Source: the human T2T-CHM13v2.0 reference genome, Homo sapiens
NCBI RefSeq assembly: GCF_009914755.1
Contig: NC_060947.1
DNA length: 64,000 nucleotides
Direction: 5' to 3' (one strand)
The translations under genes and the position numbers were made by a program. Below are positions 19,451-34,409 of the stretch, piece by piece. The notes below the pieces were generated by a model. The model saw nothing but the letters and a program-made list of their open reading frames with translations. It was not told the DNA's origin and made no database searches. Position 1 is the stretch's first letter. Every line of letters begins with the position of its first letter.

Positions 19451-19967
19451 TGTTATGGTAAATATTGAGTGTCAACTTGATTGGATTGAAGGATGCAAAG
19501 TGTTGATCTTGGGTATGTCTGTGAGGGTGCTGCCATGGAGATTAACATTTGAGTCACTGGACTGGAAAAGGCAGACCCTCCCTCAATCTGGGTGGGCACC
19601 ATTCCAATCAGCTGCCAGTGCAGCCAGAATAAAAGCAGGGAGAAGAATGTGGAAATTTTAGACTGGTTTAGTCTTCTGGCCTACATCTTCCTCCTGTGCT
19701 GGATGCTTCCTGCCCTCGAACATCAGACTCCAAGTTCTTCAGCTTTGGGACTCAGACCTTTGAACACAGACCGAAGGGCTGCACTGTCGGCTTCCCTACT
19801 TTGGAGTTTTGGGGACTTGGACTGGCTTCCTTGCTCCTTAGCTTGCAGATGGCCTATTGTGGGAACTCATCTTGGGATTGTGTGAGTCAATACTCCTTAG
19901 TAAACTCCCCTTTATATATACATCTATCCTATTAGTTCTGTCCCTCTAGAGAACCGTGACTAATACA
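19451..19967 (+). mobile_element. MLT2A-like solo LTR (ERVL)
   Basis: Begins TGttatggtaaatattgagtgtcaacttgattggattgaaggatgc and ends ...ctagagaaccgtgactaataCA. Near-TSD ctaac/caaac. Confidence 0.88.
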
Positions 19968-20900
19968 CAAACTGACTTATTAGGTACCTTGTTTGCTGTC
20001 TGCTTCTACTCACGATAATGAAAGCTCCCTGAGAGGAGGAATGTTTGCTTGTTTTTTCACATCTGTATCTCCAGAGTCCAGAAGAGCACCTAGCACACAG
20101 TATGTGCTCAGTAAGCAATTGCTGAATGAATAAATGAAGGACAGGCTTCTAAACGTTAGCTTTGATTTGTAATGTGATATTTCAGTTTCAGGTTCAAACT
20201 CTGTCAATCAGAATTGCTAGATCACAAGATCCTAAAGTGAATTGCAAAATCAAAGGAGTGTTCTTCCCAGTTTGAAATAAAATAATTAAAGCAACACCTC
20301 TTCCTCTGGTGTAGGAATCAATCCTTAACCTACAAAAGGTAGTTACCAACCTTTCTGGGAGGGAACCTAGTTTACAACTGAATCGTCACTTCAAGGCAAG
20401 AGAAGAATTAAAATGTGTGAAAATAACAGCCGTTCGTGTTCTCGGCAATGCACCTGAATGTCTATATGCTGAAAATAAGTAGTCACATGAATATTGCAGA
20501 TATTCTAGGCTCAGAAGGAAAAGCTCAAAATAATCTCCTCTTCTAAAGAAACTCTAACATTTAAGAAGGTCACTGAATTTGATCATCTTCTTTAGTTTAT
20601 GTTATTCATTACATCATTTCCTGCCCTGGAAAATTTTTCTTAGATGTTATCATAATAATCTAGAATAACATCATCTATTTTATGAAACATTATGAAACAT
20701 GAAACAACACAATTTATGAAAACAACATTTGAGAAAACAATGCATTAAAAGATATGAATTAATAATATTTTCTTTACATTTTTCTCAAAAGGAAGGCCCA
20801 TTTTGAATTTACAATACCAAAATGGCAAACTTCCATTACCAAGATAAGGTACTCCCATCTCTTTCTCCCCCAAAATAATCACCATAAAACTGTAAAACCA

Positions 20901-21220
20901 GGTCAGACATGGTGACCCACGTCTGTAATCTTAGTGCTTTGGGAAGCTGAGGCAGGAGGATTGTTTGAGGCCAGGAGCTCAAGACCAGCCTAGGCAATAG
21001 AGAAAGACCCTGTCTCTACAGAAAAAAAAATTTTAAATTAGCTGGGGCATGGTGTTGTGTGCCTGTTGTCCTAGCTACTCAGGAGGCTGAGGCAGGAGAA
21101 CTGCTTTAGTCTGGGAGTTCAAGGCTACAGTGAGGTACGACTGCACCACTGCATTCCAGCCTGGATGACAGAGTGAGATTCTGGCTCTTAAAAAAACAAG
21201 AACAAAAAGAAAACAAAACC
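20901..21220 (+). mobile_element. AluJ (diverged)
   Basis: Dimer with gaggattgtttgaggccaggag and gagttcaaggctacagtgag. Confidence 0.9.
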
Positions 21221-21533
21221 AAAAGAGAGTGGCAGCGATCACCTGTTTGTTGCCGTGATTCTCCTCTGTAAACCAGCCATTCATTTATCCATTTATTCAC
21301 TATGGGGTTCAGGTGAGACAGGGTCAATCCAGTTTCTCTAATCTGAAGCATTTTACTCAGTCCTAACAAGTTTCTATATCTAAGTCATTCTCTGCCTTGA
21401 GAATTGGTTCCCTACGTTATGAAGCAAGGTGTATTCATTCGGCTGAATTATACAGAATGTTTTCTTTCATTATGCATGATATTTTAATTGTTTTAGAATT
21501 TTGAAATGTAGTTGGAGATTTCCATGTGAAATT

Positions 21534-21603
<70 letters not shown>
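21534..21603. repeat. Compound (TA)n(CA)n microsatellite
   Basis: Directly visible. Confidence 0.97.
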
Positions 21604-21689
21604 GATGTACATATGCATAAATAGACAGTGGCTGATGAGAGCCAGAGAGTCAGAGAGGGAAACTCTATACGTTATTATAAAGCCCTAAG

Positions 21690-21800
21690 GAATTTTACAA
21701 CTTATTTCACCTTTTTTTAACTGGGGAGGGTTTTAGGGGTCAGAGAGGTAAAGATATATGTCCAAGGTCATTCACATCATTGATGGCAGAACAAGGAGCG
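21690..21800 (-). mobile_element. MIR fragment
   Basis: ggtcagagaggtaaagatatatgtccaaggtca...gatggcaga resembles the reverse MIR core. Confidence 0.55.
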
Positions 21801-21971
21801 TGAGAACAAAAAGGAAAGGAGAAAAACGGGGTTGAAGGTCTAACAATACACACCTCTACATGCCACACTCTACATATATATTCCACCATCAAAATAAGGG
21901 ACAATATCCCTACAGAATGTAAAAATTCAAAGCCTTTTAATGGGAAAAGTGTCTGTTACAATAGGCTAGTG

Positions 21972-22196
21972 CAGGCATTGATAGGCCTTTTCTGGAAAGG
22001 GCCAGATAGTAAAGATTTTAGGCTTTGCGGACCATATGGTCTCCGTTACAATCACTCAACTCTGCCCTCATAGCTCAAAAGCAGCCACAGACAATATGTA
22101 AACAAATGAGTGTGGCTATGTTCCAATAAAACTTTATTTGCAAAACCAGGTTGCAGGCCAAATTTGGACCCTGGGCCACAGACTGCTCTCCCCTAG
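21972..22196 (+). mobile_element. MER58A-like DNA transposon fossil
   Basis: aagggccagatagtaaagattttaggctttgcggaccatatggtctc...aaagcagccacagacaatatgtaaacaaatgagtgtggctatgttccaataaaactttattt. Confidence 0.85.
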
Positions 22197-24679
22197 TTGG
22201 GAGAATTTCAAAAAGTGTGAAACCATTAGGTTTAGGAAACTCGACATGAGCACTGTTTATCCCTAATTTTACAAACATACAGCTGCATTTTGTCTATTAA
22301 ATGTTAACATTATTGTTCTTATTTTAGAGATGGGGAAATTGAGGATCACAGTTTGATTCACTACTTCAAGAGCAGAGTTTGATTTACTACCTCTTCAAGT
22401 GAGAGGATGGGAGGCACACCACAAGACCAGTGCTCTCCTAACCCTTCCTCTGAGTCTCAAATCTGGGCATTTTCCCCCAGCTCACTTCTCTTTCTGTTTG
22501 ATGCCAACTCCCTCCTTATGATCTTCACAATTATCTGCAGAAACACACTGCAGAGAGCAAGCACATTTTCAGAGATAACTGAAATAGGAAGGCTGTATTA
22601 GCTCCTTCTACGCTATACAATTAGTGTGATTACCAACGTAAAATATGCTAAATATTTAGCATGTATACCCAATTTCAGCCTTGGGGAAAAATAGTTCCTT
22701 TTATTGATGATCACATGTGGTGCTTTCAGGAGAGAAAGATGGAACATTTGGATTTCAGAAAGATAAATTTCAGGTTTCATCACTTAACCTCTTGTGTTTC
22801 ATGCCACAAACAGGCAAAGTAACAAGCACGAAGGTTTGACACAATGGAAAGACTTTGAGCCTATGTTGGGTAAAGTGACAATAAAATCACTTATCACCCT
22901 TGGAGAAATGCAGGCCTATTATTGCACTGACATGAATCTCATGGGAAAAGACCACTTCTGCTTGTCCCAGCAGAAATGCCATCACTTTTTCTGAGGCAGG
23001 CTCCTCTAGGTTTAAGACAACACTATTTGTTAAATACAGAAACCCATGAGGCCATAAAGAGAGCAACGATTATAGATCATCATAAAGAAACATGCACATG
23101 TGCACATGGAGAACAATACCTATTTCAAGAAAATGAATGTTGATTTTACTTATTTCATTTCTACCAATAATGTCTATAGATTAAACTTCGCACTGAAATG
23201 CATCGTAAGAACACCTCATAAGGTATACTTATGGTATATACTTGATGTAACTTTGGTCAAGTGCAGTTATATTTTAAAAACAATAATATAACTGTGTCAC
23301 AAAGTTTTCAACTAAATAGAAGTTTGCTTCTAATAATATTTAAACCTTTTTTTTTCTTTCCAGACTTGGCAGTTGGGGTAGTGTTCCTTCTCCCTTAAAA
23401 AAAAAAAAAAAACTTAGCAAAGCTGCTGAAGCTACACTGCAGGCAAATTTCCAACTATTAAATAGTTTCAAGACATATGTACAGCCAAGCCTTTTGCCCA
23501 TTGGAAATGGCACATCCCGAGCAGCTGTGGAACAGAGTAAAAAGTCATGGGTCCCCACGGGGCAACAGGGAACTTTATTACCATCAGTGATGTCTGCTCT
23601 AGTTTTACTGACACTCTGTAATGCATGCATGGAATAACATCCAGTGTGATACTTATATGCTGTGAAAACAATGCTGTCTGCTTCCTTTTCCTTTGTAATG
23701 TATCCTATGCACATGGAGAAATAAGGAGAAAAAGATGGATGAAGAACTTGGAATTTAGAGGGAAATGAATATAATTACTAAAAGATAATATGCTACGTTA
23801 AGGATAATTTAAGTTGGATTTTTATGTTTCTTCATAAGATCCCTTAAAAGTGTGTTATTTTGTGATGTCAAATTGATATTGACTAATTTCAAATGAACAA
23901 ACATGCTTGCCCGCTTTTGGCAACATATCAAAAAAAATGAATTTGGATTTTGCCTTATACAATCCACAAAATCAGAACTCTTCCTTCTTTTACTACCCAT
24001 ATTGACACATAGATGTAGTCACAGTAGCCAGAAACAAACACATTATTTCCCAAATTCAGCAAACTGGTAAATACTATTTTGTAATAGGTAGTAGCTACTT
24101 AGCAATATATATTTCCAATCCTAAGCATGCAATATTCTGTATTTTTGTATTTTGTAATTTTGTATTTACTTTATTTGTAAAAATACGAATGTTTATTTGT
24201 AAAATAACTATTTTTACTCATTTGATAAATATCAGCAATATCAAGGAAAGGTTAAACACCAATTTACTGAAAAAGATAAGCAACTGCAACATGGAACCCA
24301 AAGGTGTTTTTATATTTGTAACCCTGACTCCAAATTGGTCATTCCCAAAATCTGGGCTCTCTGTTGGTTAGACATTAGTGGTCTTCTCATTCCAAGAAGT
24401 GAACAATAATGTAAAGCTCGTCAGATTTTGGGAAATGAGAGAGGTGAAAATAAAAGAAACTAGAAAGGGATGCCTGTGTCTGATTATTAACTTTGTACCA
24501 TAGAGGAAGAAGATTAGGAATATTTAGTAATGTGGGAATTCCTTTCATGATTTCATCACATTTTATTCATGAAACTATTAATATATTTATTTTAAACCGT
24601 AATTCAAAATGTATTAGATCCACTCTGTAACAGGAATCACGCTGATGTTGAGTTAAACAAGAGGTAAACAACAGATGTT

Positions 24680-25090
24680 TTCAGGGTCCCACCCTGACTT
24701 TCTTGTGCTAGGCTGTTTCAGGGCACACCAGCTCAACTTCTGAATGCCCTCCCACACCTCCTCACCTAAGGCTGTGTCTGGGCTCAGAGCAAGCTCCGCC
24801 AGCATGCAGACCAGATACGCTAGGAACAGCTGCAGACAAAGACTGACTTGAACACCCTTAACCCCCCTCCAGCGAGGAGTTCTGAGGTGTGTGTGCTTCA
24901 CGCTAGCTCCCTGAGTGCCCCGTGGAGAGGAAGCTTAGGTTGCCTATGGTAAATAATTCACCCTTTACTGTATTCCTTCCACACCCTGTCCTACTTCCCT
25001 TCCTACCTACCACATTCTTGGATCACTTCCTAAGTAAACTGCTCACACTCAAAGCCTTCACTTGGATCAGGTTCTGAAGGTGTCTGATCT
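24680..25090 (+). mobile_element. Old ERVL-type LTR (LTR16-like)
   Basis: GC-richer island ending cttggatcacttcctaagtaaactgctcacactcaaagcc..., similar to LTR16-family 3' ends. Family uncertain. Confidence 0.45.
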
Positions 25091-26179
25091 TTGATGGGCA
25101 ATCTCTATTTGTTGAAATCTGTGTTTCAAAGCAGCAAATATCAACTTATGTAGCAATATGCAGACATATCAACATCTCGTGCTCAGAGGTTTCATGTTGT
25201 TTGTTCCAAATGGAATGGGATAGAAAACTTTAGGTAGACCCCCAGGAATGACCTGTGAAGGTAACTTACTATGTGCAAAGATGCAGTCCCACATTCTAAA
25301 TAAAGAGACAAAAAGTAGAAATGAGCACTAGGCATTAATCTATTAAACTATTATGCATCTTTAATTTCAAAGCCAATTTCCCATCTCAAGTACCAGGAAG
25401 AAATACAGTATTTAAGTAGGCAAATATAAAAATTATCCAAAACTCTTAAAAAATTAATGATTTTGCCCATCCTATATTTATGCATTTTTTCTGGGAGGGG
25501 TAAGAGTTAGCAATAAAAATACTCAGAAATGGTATTCCCCAGGAAAAGGAAAAGCATGAAACTAATTTACTAATCTATGAATAACTTAGAATTTTCTATA
25601 AAAATAGTTAATGTTGAGTTAGGTCTAAGTTATGGGAAAATAAATGAGTTAAGAAGAAATTAAATAGTAGTCAATCCATTTTGCCAAACACGGACTAATT
25701 TTGTGTTTTAAAATAACTATAAAGAAGATAAGGACAAGAAGTTTGGCTTTTCCATGAAAATCAGTTTTATAGTCCATGAATCCTATGCAGTGAGCCTAAA
25801 CTAACTGGAACTCATTTTACCTATTTTTGCTGTTTAATTTTACTTTTATTTGCTGAGCTATTCATGGTAGATGAAAAAAATAAAAATAAAAACCCTTCCT
25901 GCTTTCCTTGACCCAGCCTTAAGTTATCAACACTGTCTCTCTACCCAAACCAAATACACTAGATAATTGCTTACTCCTTGCACAGACTACTACCTTGGAA
26001 GTGGTGACTGTTTTTTAAAAGTAATTTTAAACCACTGGAAGACTGGCACAGTTTCAATTCTGGAGCAAACAGGGATAAATGGGCATTTATTGAATGAAAA
26101 TGCACCATTTTTTGAAACACCACGGTCATTGCAGTTATTATGAAAATGTTGTTCTATCTCTCACGTTGACAAATACACC

Positions 26180-26532
26180 TGATATGGTTTGGCTGTGTCC
26201 CCACCGAAATCTCAACTTGAATTGTATCTCCCAGAATTCCCACATGTTGTGGGAGGGACCCAGGGGGAGGTAATTGAATCATGGGGGCAGGTCTTTCTCG
26301 TGCTATTCTCGTGATAGTGAATAAGTCTCATGAGATCTGATGGGTTTATCAGGGGTTTCTGCTTTTGCTTCTTCCTCATTTTCTCTTGCTGCCACCATGT
26401 AAGAAGAGTCTTTTGCCTCCCACCATGATTCTGAGGCCTCCCCAGCCATGTGGAACTCTAAGTCCAATTAAGCCTTTTTTGTTCCCAGTTTTGGGTATGT
26501 CTTTATCAGCAGCATGAAAACAGACTAATACA
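26180..26532 (+). mobile_element. THE1A-like solo LTR (MaLR)
   Basis: TGatatggtttggctgtgtcccc...aaacagactaataCA with perfect 5-bp TSD acacc. Confidence 0.93.
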
Positions 26533-26834
26533 ACACCCAAAATTTACATTTCCATATGTCTCAATTTGAGGTGCATCCCAAATGTTAGTTCTTGCAGTCT
26601 TACAAACCAAAAATGTAAGCACTGAATTCATAGTAGATTCCATTATGTTTTCCGTAAAGATGCATCACAGAATTATGGGAGTTTAACAAATCAGTAAAAC
26701 GGTGGAAGACACTCCCTCCAGGATATGTCTAAAGGAGACTTAACCAGTACACTAACAAGATGCTGCCACATCTTTCCCTACCTTTCTCAAGCTCATCAAA
26801 TGTAGAAAAGAGCCTCACTGCGAAAAAATGTCTT

Positions 26835-26975
26835 TAACAACTTTTTTGAAATATGTAACTTCCATACCATAAAATTGTCTCATCTTAAGTGCTCACTGAC
26901 ATTCTTATATTTACTGTGTTGTGTAACTATCACCATCACTGGGTTCTAGAATGAGTCCATCAACCCAAAAAGATT
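26835..26975 (-). mobile_element. Old L1M 3' fragment
   Basis: tttaacaacttttttgaaatat...ataccataaaatt...gttgtgtaactatcacca...catcaacccaaaaaga. Confidence 0.6.
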
Positions 26976-27064
26976 GATACTTCATCCCTTACTGAGAAAA
27001 TTTAAAGGTAGAAACAACAACACAACATTTTCTGTCTTTACCTTCTCTTTTTATTACTCTTGTT

Positions 27065-28000
27065 TCATTTCCTCATATATTGAACAAGGATTTGTTGGGC
27101 AGCTACTATGTGTCAGGTACTGTTCTAGGCAGTGGGAATAAGAAGTAAAAAAGAAAACACATCTGGTCTTATGAAACACAGAAACAGACACACACATTCA
27201 TCCTAATTGAGTGCAAGGAGAAACAGTGCACAAGATTAACAAGCAAAATACTAAGGCAGGGTAGACAGTCATAACAGAAAATAAGAACAAAAATACAACA
27301 CGGGCAACGTGGATTTGTTTGCTTGTTTGCTTACACATATAAGTAGCATGGCTAAAGATGGTTTTGCTGGAATAGAGATATTTGTATAAAGAAGGTGAGC
27401 CAGCCAGCCTTTCAACAATCTGAAGGAAGAGCATATCCCCGGTCCAGGACCAGGTAAATGCCAATATCCTGAAGCAAGGGAAAGATTATAGTATTCAGAG
27501 AACACAGAGGAGCCTAGCATGTTGAGCAGGAAAACAGGGAGGGTAGTGATGAAGTCTAAGAGGAAGGAGAAAGGGGGGGTCAACTGGGTCTTAAAATCCA
27601 TTGTAAAGAACATGGCTTCTACTCTGAATCAGATGGGGGAAGCTGCTGGGACACTTTGAGCAAAAAACTGTCGGGAAGTGGCTCAGATTTTAGAAGGATC
27701 ACTCAGGTGGCTGCGTTGAGAGAGGACTAAAAAGGAGGGGATCCAGAAGTGGAAATCCGGAAGCAGGGATGAGAGGCCTGGGTCTGAAACCCAGGATCCG
27801 GAAGTGGGGATCCGAAAGCAGGAATGAGGGGCCAGGATCAGGAAACAGGAATCCAGAAGCCTTAAGGCAGAAGCCAGGAGGCAGAAGTGGGGATGTGATT
27901 AGGAAGCTAATACAATTCCCAGTTAAAGACAGAACTGAGCGGATTAGGGGAAACACAGGGAAAGGTGAATCAAGGCAGATCTGAGGATTTGCGGTGGCTT
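27065..28000 (-). mobile_element. L2 remnant containing an inserted degenerate minisatellite
   Basis: caaggatttgttgggcagctactatgtgtcaggtactgttctaggcagtggg at the 3' end, and ttttagaaggatcactcaggtggctgcgttgagagagga internally. Confidence 0.75.
27737..27893. repeat. Degenerate GGATCCRGAAG minisatellite
   Basis: Repeated ggggatccagaagt / ggaaatccggaagc / caggatccggaagt / ggggatccgaaagc / ggaatccagaagc. Confidence 0.75.
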
Positions 28001-28369
28001 GCAGAAAATGTTTAGAGTGGAGAATGACTGCAGGCCTCTTTTGCCACAAACTGCTGCAAGAGCAGCATTGCCGATTACTCAAATGGAGGCTATTGAGAGA
28101 AAGAGTGCTTAAGGGAAAAGTCCTTAATTTCCTTGGGGATGCTCGTATTTCCAGAAAGAGAGTAATCATTTGTCGATCACTGTGACTGCTATGCTTTTGG
28201 CCTTTTTTTTTTTTTTTTCCCAAATAGGCTTTTTTCTAAGGAATAGATCAAGTACCAAGCTACAGGATACTCCCACGCTATAGGACTGCAGTTCAGATAC
28301 ATGGGTAATAAAAGAGGCAAAAGACACAGAATTAACTTTATTTCTACCTTTAAATTTTCCTGGTAAGCC

Positions 28370-28520
28370 ATGAAGGATCTTATCGGGGTGATGCACTCAT
28401 TCTAAAACTAGATGATGGTGATGGTTGCACAAGTCAGTAAATACTAAAAATCACTCAACTGTACACTTAAAATAAGTGATTTTTATGGTATAGAAATTAT
28501 ATTTCAATAAAGTTCTTTAA
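28370..28520 (+). mobile_element. Old L1M 3' end fragment
   Basis: ggggtgatg...ttctaaaactagatgatggtgatggttgcaca...aatactaaaaatcactcaactgtacacttaaaat...aattatatttcaataaag. Confidence 0.75.
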
Positions 28521-30255
28521 AACATTTTTCCCAGTGAGGCTGTTTTCAACGTTTGGTGAGAATGAGAAAAGTGTGGAAGGATGTTGTCCCACCTTGTTAG
28601 TGATTAAATCTGCTTTAAAGATATCATAGAGGGAATGTCTACCACCCTTTGGCTGATATGTTAAACTCCCGTCATTCTAGGACTCATCTTCACTGAAAAT
28701 ATAATGGAATCTTCCATGAATTCTGTACAGACATTTTTGGTTTGTAAAATTGCAAGAACTAAAGTTTGGGATGCTCCTCACAATGAGACATATGCAATGT
28801 GAATTTTGGGTATATTTGTAACAGTGACAGAACAACATTTTAATGAAAACTGCAATAGTTGCATTTTCATTCAATAAAAGTCCACTTAAATTTGGGAGAT
28901 GCAGCTTCCATTCTAGATTATAAGTTGCTCCGATATACTAGGAAGTGTCAGGACAGCTTGGCCTTCCTACTTTCAGTTAGCACCCTCATGACCCTGGGGC
29001 TGTCACAGGATTTCTGCCCAGATCCTGAGGATCTTGTGATAGTAAGGCTCTGTAACAAATCATGAGAGCAAAACCACCTTGGTCACCTCCACTAGGCAGG
29101 AGGTGCCACTGCAACTCTTACAGGAAATTAATTCAGCATCTGTCTCTAGAGGCTGAGAACCACTTCTGTCTGAGGTCTGATTTTGCAGTCTTATTCACAG
29201 AGCACCAGCCCAAATCCTGCAGGCAACTGAACAGATGGTAATATATTTTGACCAGAACATCTCTGGATCGCATTTGAACCATGAAACTCAAGGTGAAGCA
29301 TTCTGAGGCTTTTTATTGATAACTACCTCCTAACCCACAATTAATTATTTATTTCACTTGCCTCTCTAAATTTTCAAATCACTTGGAGACAGAGTCTTAA
29401 GACAAGGTTTGATGTCTTTATTTACAATTTCACTTTAAAGTTTGCTTAGTTCATGAATTTGCCTCCCTGAGGAGAAAAAAAAAGTGTTTTGTTTGTTTGT
29501 TTGTTTGTTTTTAAAAAAAAGAGGCTTTTAAATGTAAGGTTACAGTATTTGTTAATGTCCCAATAAATAAATTTACTTAAAATAAAATAAATTTAAATTA
29601 GCTTCTGTGTAAGAAGATGACTTGTTATTAGTAAGAGACTAATGTAACTAATCTGTATTTATGAAACCAGATCCTTATAATTAGTCAAGCAGATGTCTAA
29701 TTAATTTGGAAGGTACACAGCCATATGGATGCAACTAGAAAAATAAACTTGAAGATATTATTAATAGCTGGTCAAATTATGTCCTTCAACCGTCACAGAT
29801 TAACCACAAATGTAACACACTGTTGATCTGATTACACAGAGGTTTTAAAATATCAAGGCAGTCAGAACTGAACAAAATTATAGCAATGATTAAATGACTC
29901 AGGAGGGGTTTAAATTCTAGATGTTATGAAGCAAACGTAGGAGTCAAATTCACTTTCAATTTAACAATCATTTCAAGAAAGGCTATTTTGTCTAGAATAG
30001 CTAAAATTCAGTCTTTCTCTTTGAAAATCAATTGAATGGTGTTTGATACAGAATATCTTAAAGCAAAAACTCAACAGATGTTGATAATGAAAACCCCCCC
30101 GCCACTTCAAAGTTTAAAAAAACTCCCTTATGTTATCTTCTATGATATACTGCAGGTAAAATTCCAATTTTGTCCTTAGCCATAAATGTACATGGTACCT
30201 TCAAACACATCTGGTCCCATTCTCTAAAACAGCAAAGCCACCTGTTGACTAACTA

Positions 30256-30531
<276 letters not shown>

Positions 30532-32851
30532 TTAGTTGGATCTGTTTAGAAAAATACACTAACCCATCAGCCAATGCAACTCAGTCTGTCTTCCCCCTGA
30601 TAAGAGGGGCTTATCATGCCCAGTTATGAAGAGAGCTGTCAGGGAACAAAGAACCACTGATATTTCACCCCAAAGAATTAAACATCTCTTGAAGTCAAAA
30701 CCTTATGACAAGAGCTTGGGCTATTTTTAAATCTGGTGACTAATTACAGCATTTGAGATATTCAATCAATAGAGAATATTTATGTATAGTAATTGTTACA
30801 TTACAGCAAGAAGATGAAATCATCTTCAGATTATAGAAAGAAAATGTCTTTTTAACTCACATGCCAAATATAACTGTAAAATAGGTATAACAACCCACAT
30901 GCAACCCACTAGCAATTTCTGGAAGTAAAGTATAACCCAAGCCACTGTTTAAAAATCTCTTGAGTAAGTCACATAACATCTATGAAGAACCAGTCCTGAT
31001 CTAAAAGGGTGAGATGTGTTAGCATATATTTGCTCAATAAAATGCCCAAAAGGAAAAAAATAGACACTGGGGAAGATCAGAAGGTTTTGCTGTCTCTAGT
31101 GCTACAATTTTAAGATATCAAATAACTTTAACAGTCTTCATACTATATACCTGCTTTCAACAATGTTCTGTGTTTTGTTTCCATTGGTAGATCTGAAAAC
31201 CTTTGCCTTGAATTCCAAGAAATAACCATCTACAGTCTATGCCCTCATCTACACCAGGTGCCGAACTCAACTTGGATCTGTGGATGAAACTAAGGAAACA
31301 GGATTGGATTTGAACACTCCCAAACTTCAGATTATAATAACCTCAGCTTAAAATAACTTAATGTGAAAATGACTGTCACGTTTACATCAATATCTAAAAG
31401 AAGCTGAACATTTCTGAGATCAAAGGAAGAATATGAACTCTTACATGTGGCTTTCTACCTGATTTGGCAGACTTTGAGAAAACACTTTCAACTTCATCAT
31501 TTAGAGTTTCAGCTGCGAATTTAAAAAGCTTAAAGTCAGCATGGTATCCACAGCGTTTAGCAGAGAAGGAAGTACTACATGTAGCACTAACAGTAAAAAA
31601 TAATACCAGCAACAATAATAAAAGAGCTTTTCACTTTCCAAAAATCTTTTGGAGATAAAAGAGATGGTCTTATTGCTGGTTACTTTCATAATTCTTTAAG
31701 TAATTTGGAAAAATTACAAATGAATCTGTACCACGATTTATGAAAGCATGCCGTGTAAATCAAATGGAATTTCAGGCTGTATTCTGATTAGCTTTATGTT
31801 TTACTGAAGCAAATTTTTTTTATATAAAATATAGGTATAGAATAGAATTACTAAATTTATTTGACCAGGTTTTTTTTTTTTCTAATTTAATGTTGTGTTT
31901 TTACATCAAACTTCTTATTTATTTTGGGGTCTTTACATTGTTTTATTTTAGTGCTTAACCCCTTTGAGATACTGCTATTTAGAAGATATTCTTCTTCCAA
32001 ACACCTAAATATTGACATTTATTTTACATTTACTGAAAAAAAAAAAAATAGGAATCTAGTCCTTGGAAAAAATGATCTAATCAACATAAGGTGAGATTTT
32101 TTTTCCTATAGACATAGATGTGGAGAAGGCATTTTAGTTGTCTAAAGGCATGAAACAGTTTCACATTCAGAATCTGTTACTTTTTATATCCATGTAGGGT
32201 TTGTGTGTGTGTGGGGGGGTGGTTAGCAGCTGGTACTGGATTTAACAGCTCTTAAAAAGAAAGAAAATATTTTGCTTTTCTCATCAACAAGACAGAAGAG
32301 GAGGAAGCACTCTCTGGGAGTGTTGCCATGCAGGTGGTATATCAGTTTTTAAGTTGACTAAGACAAAGAAGAAAGTACTTAGTGAAGATTTATGGGCTGC
32401 TGGCTATGTCCCACTAAGTAATTTTGTGATACAAATCTTATGCCATGCTCCTAAAGTCTGTGGGTGGAATAAAGGTGTAAATGCAGGAGAAACAGAAGAG
32501 AAGGCATTTAGATTATTAAATGTCAAATTAGTCCTTATAATGTTGCATTTCCCTTCCTCTAGTTGGCTTTGAGTTTAGCTGAGGAAAATGTGGTTCTTGG
32601 AGAAAATACATGTGAATAATCAGGTTATAAAATTATCTCCCTTCCATGTGTATTTGAACAAATTAAGCCAATGGTCGAGTTTCCGAGCACATTCGTTTGT
32701 ATCTATGAACCTCATCCTCTCTTTAGAAGACCCCATGATGTTCATTTCATATCTGAGTAATTTATTTCTGTAGTCAAGCTATTTTGAGGCATAGCAAGTT
32801 AATTTTTTGTGCGTAGCTATGTAGCAGACACTACCTCCAGGATGAAAATCA

Positions 32852-33073
<222 letters not shown>

Positions 33074-34409
33074 TCAATTAAAACAATCTGCGTGTGACTC
33101 AAATTGAAGTAAAAGTTGAGGAAGAACAAATATGGAAGAGATGAATCTGATCTGATGACAACTGAGATTTCCTTTCATAAAAGTGGCCTCTCCATACAGG
33201 GTTTCACATCTGAAGTCTTCTGACACTCAGTTCAGCTATTTGCTCCTTTTTCTTTTAACTTGTCTTTTTTTTCTTTTTTTTAATAAGACAGTCTAAATTG
33301 GTTCCTGATTCTGTAACAAGTGGCTTATTCCCTAGTAATCTCTAGAGCAATCATTTCATGTGCATTCTTTTCAATAAATCATGTTACAAGGTTGTTTCAT
33401 TTGAGGTTAACATGGAATTCACACTAGGAGATCATTATAAAGAGTTTCAAGTCATTTTCCCATTTTTTATCATGCTCTGTGTCTATTGATATATCCTAAG
33501 GTCATTATAACATGGTTTCCAGATTTGATCTTCCTTCTTTCTCAGGGAGTTTTTCATTTAAGGAAAACACTGCAAGCAAAATCTCTTCATGTGAAATCTC
33601 CTAAGAGTGATTTCCAAAGTTCAAGTCTTTTGGATTCCGCAATCAATTGCTCAAGCATTCCCCTATATATAGTCTTAATGGCTTAACATTGGAAAATAAT
33701 GAATTTATAATGTTTGGTTTTGGCATGAGTGAGTGCGCTGCTTCAAAAGTTTCTCACAGGTGTTTCATTTTAAAGTAGTTAATCATTCTGATTTCTTTAT
33801 CGCCTTCTGTACATGCAAGTTGTCTGGCAACTGATACATTGAAGAACCACAGTTCAAAATAGCAGGCATTTCAGAAAGGGAATTTGTAAAGAAATTTGTA
33901 ATACTAATAGAATATGCAAAACTAACTGAATGAAATAGAATCTATGGCTCCATGATGGTGAATGCCATCAACACCAAGAACACCAATTACCATTAATAGC
34001 ATTTTCTGTACACAATGGTCGTTTGCTGAAAGCATTGAAAACTCATTTCAAAAGCTAGTTAAGAATGCTCTATTTCTTGTTCCATTTTGTAAGTTTAAAC
34101 ACAGAAGAAACTGGAAAATGTGCAAACACCAAATGCAAATAAGGTTTGATGCATGTTGACATGGTTGAATTTCAACTCCTATTTCATTTTGATCTTAATT
34201 CATGGTAAGTCTTGTTTACGAAAATTTTAAAGTCATCAAATATTTGGATGGATGGAATTGAATAATTTTTTTAAAGCATATTTATATATGGTCAAAAGTC
34301 ATTAATCTAAAAAAAGCTATTTTCTGGAGAAAATGTTTACCATACCTATTGCAGTCTCCTTTATTACTGATGGGTCATGGCTGAGTAGTGACCTTTAGTT
34401 TACAATAAA

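Noticed and set aside
27699-28223. 174-aa minus-strand ORF
   Set aside because: It spans a decayed L2 and the GGATCC minisatellite. It is Pro/Leu/Ser-rich low complexity with no domain.
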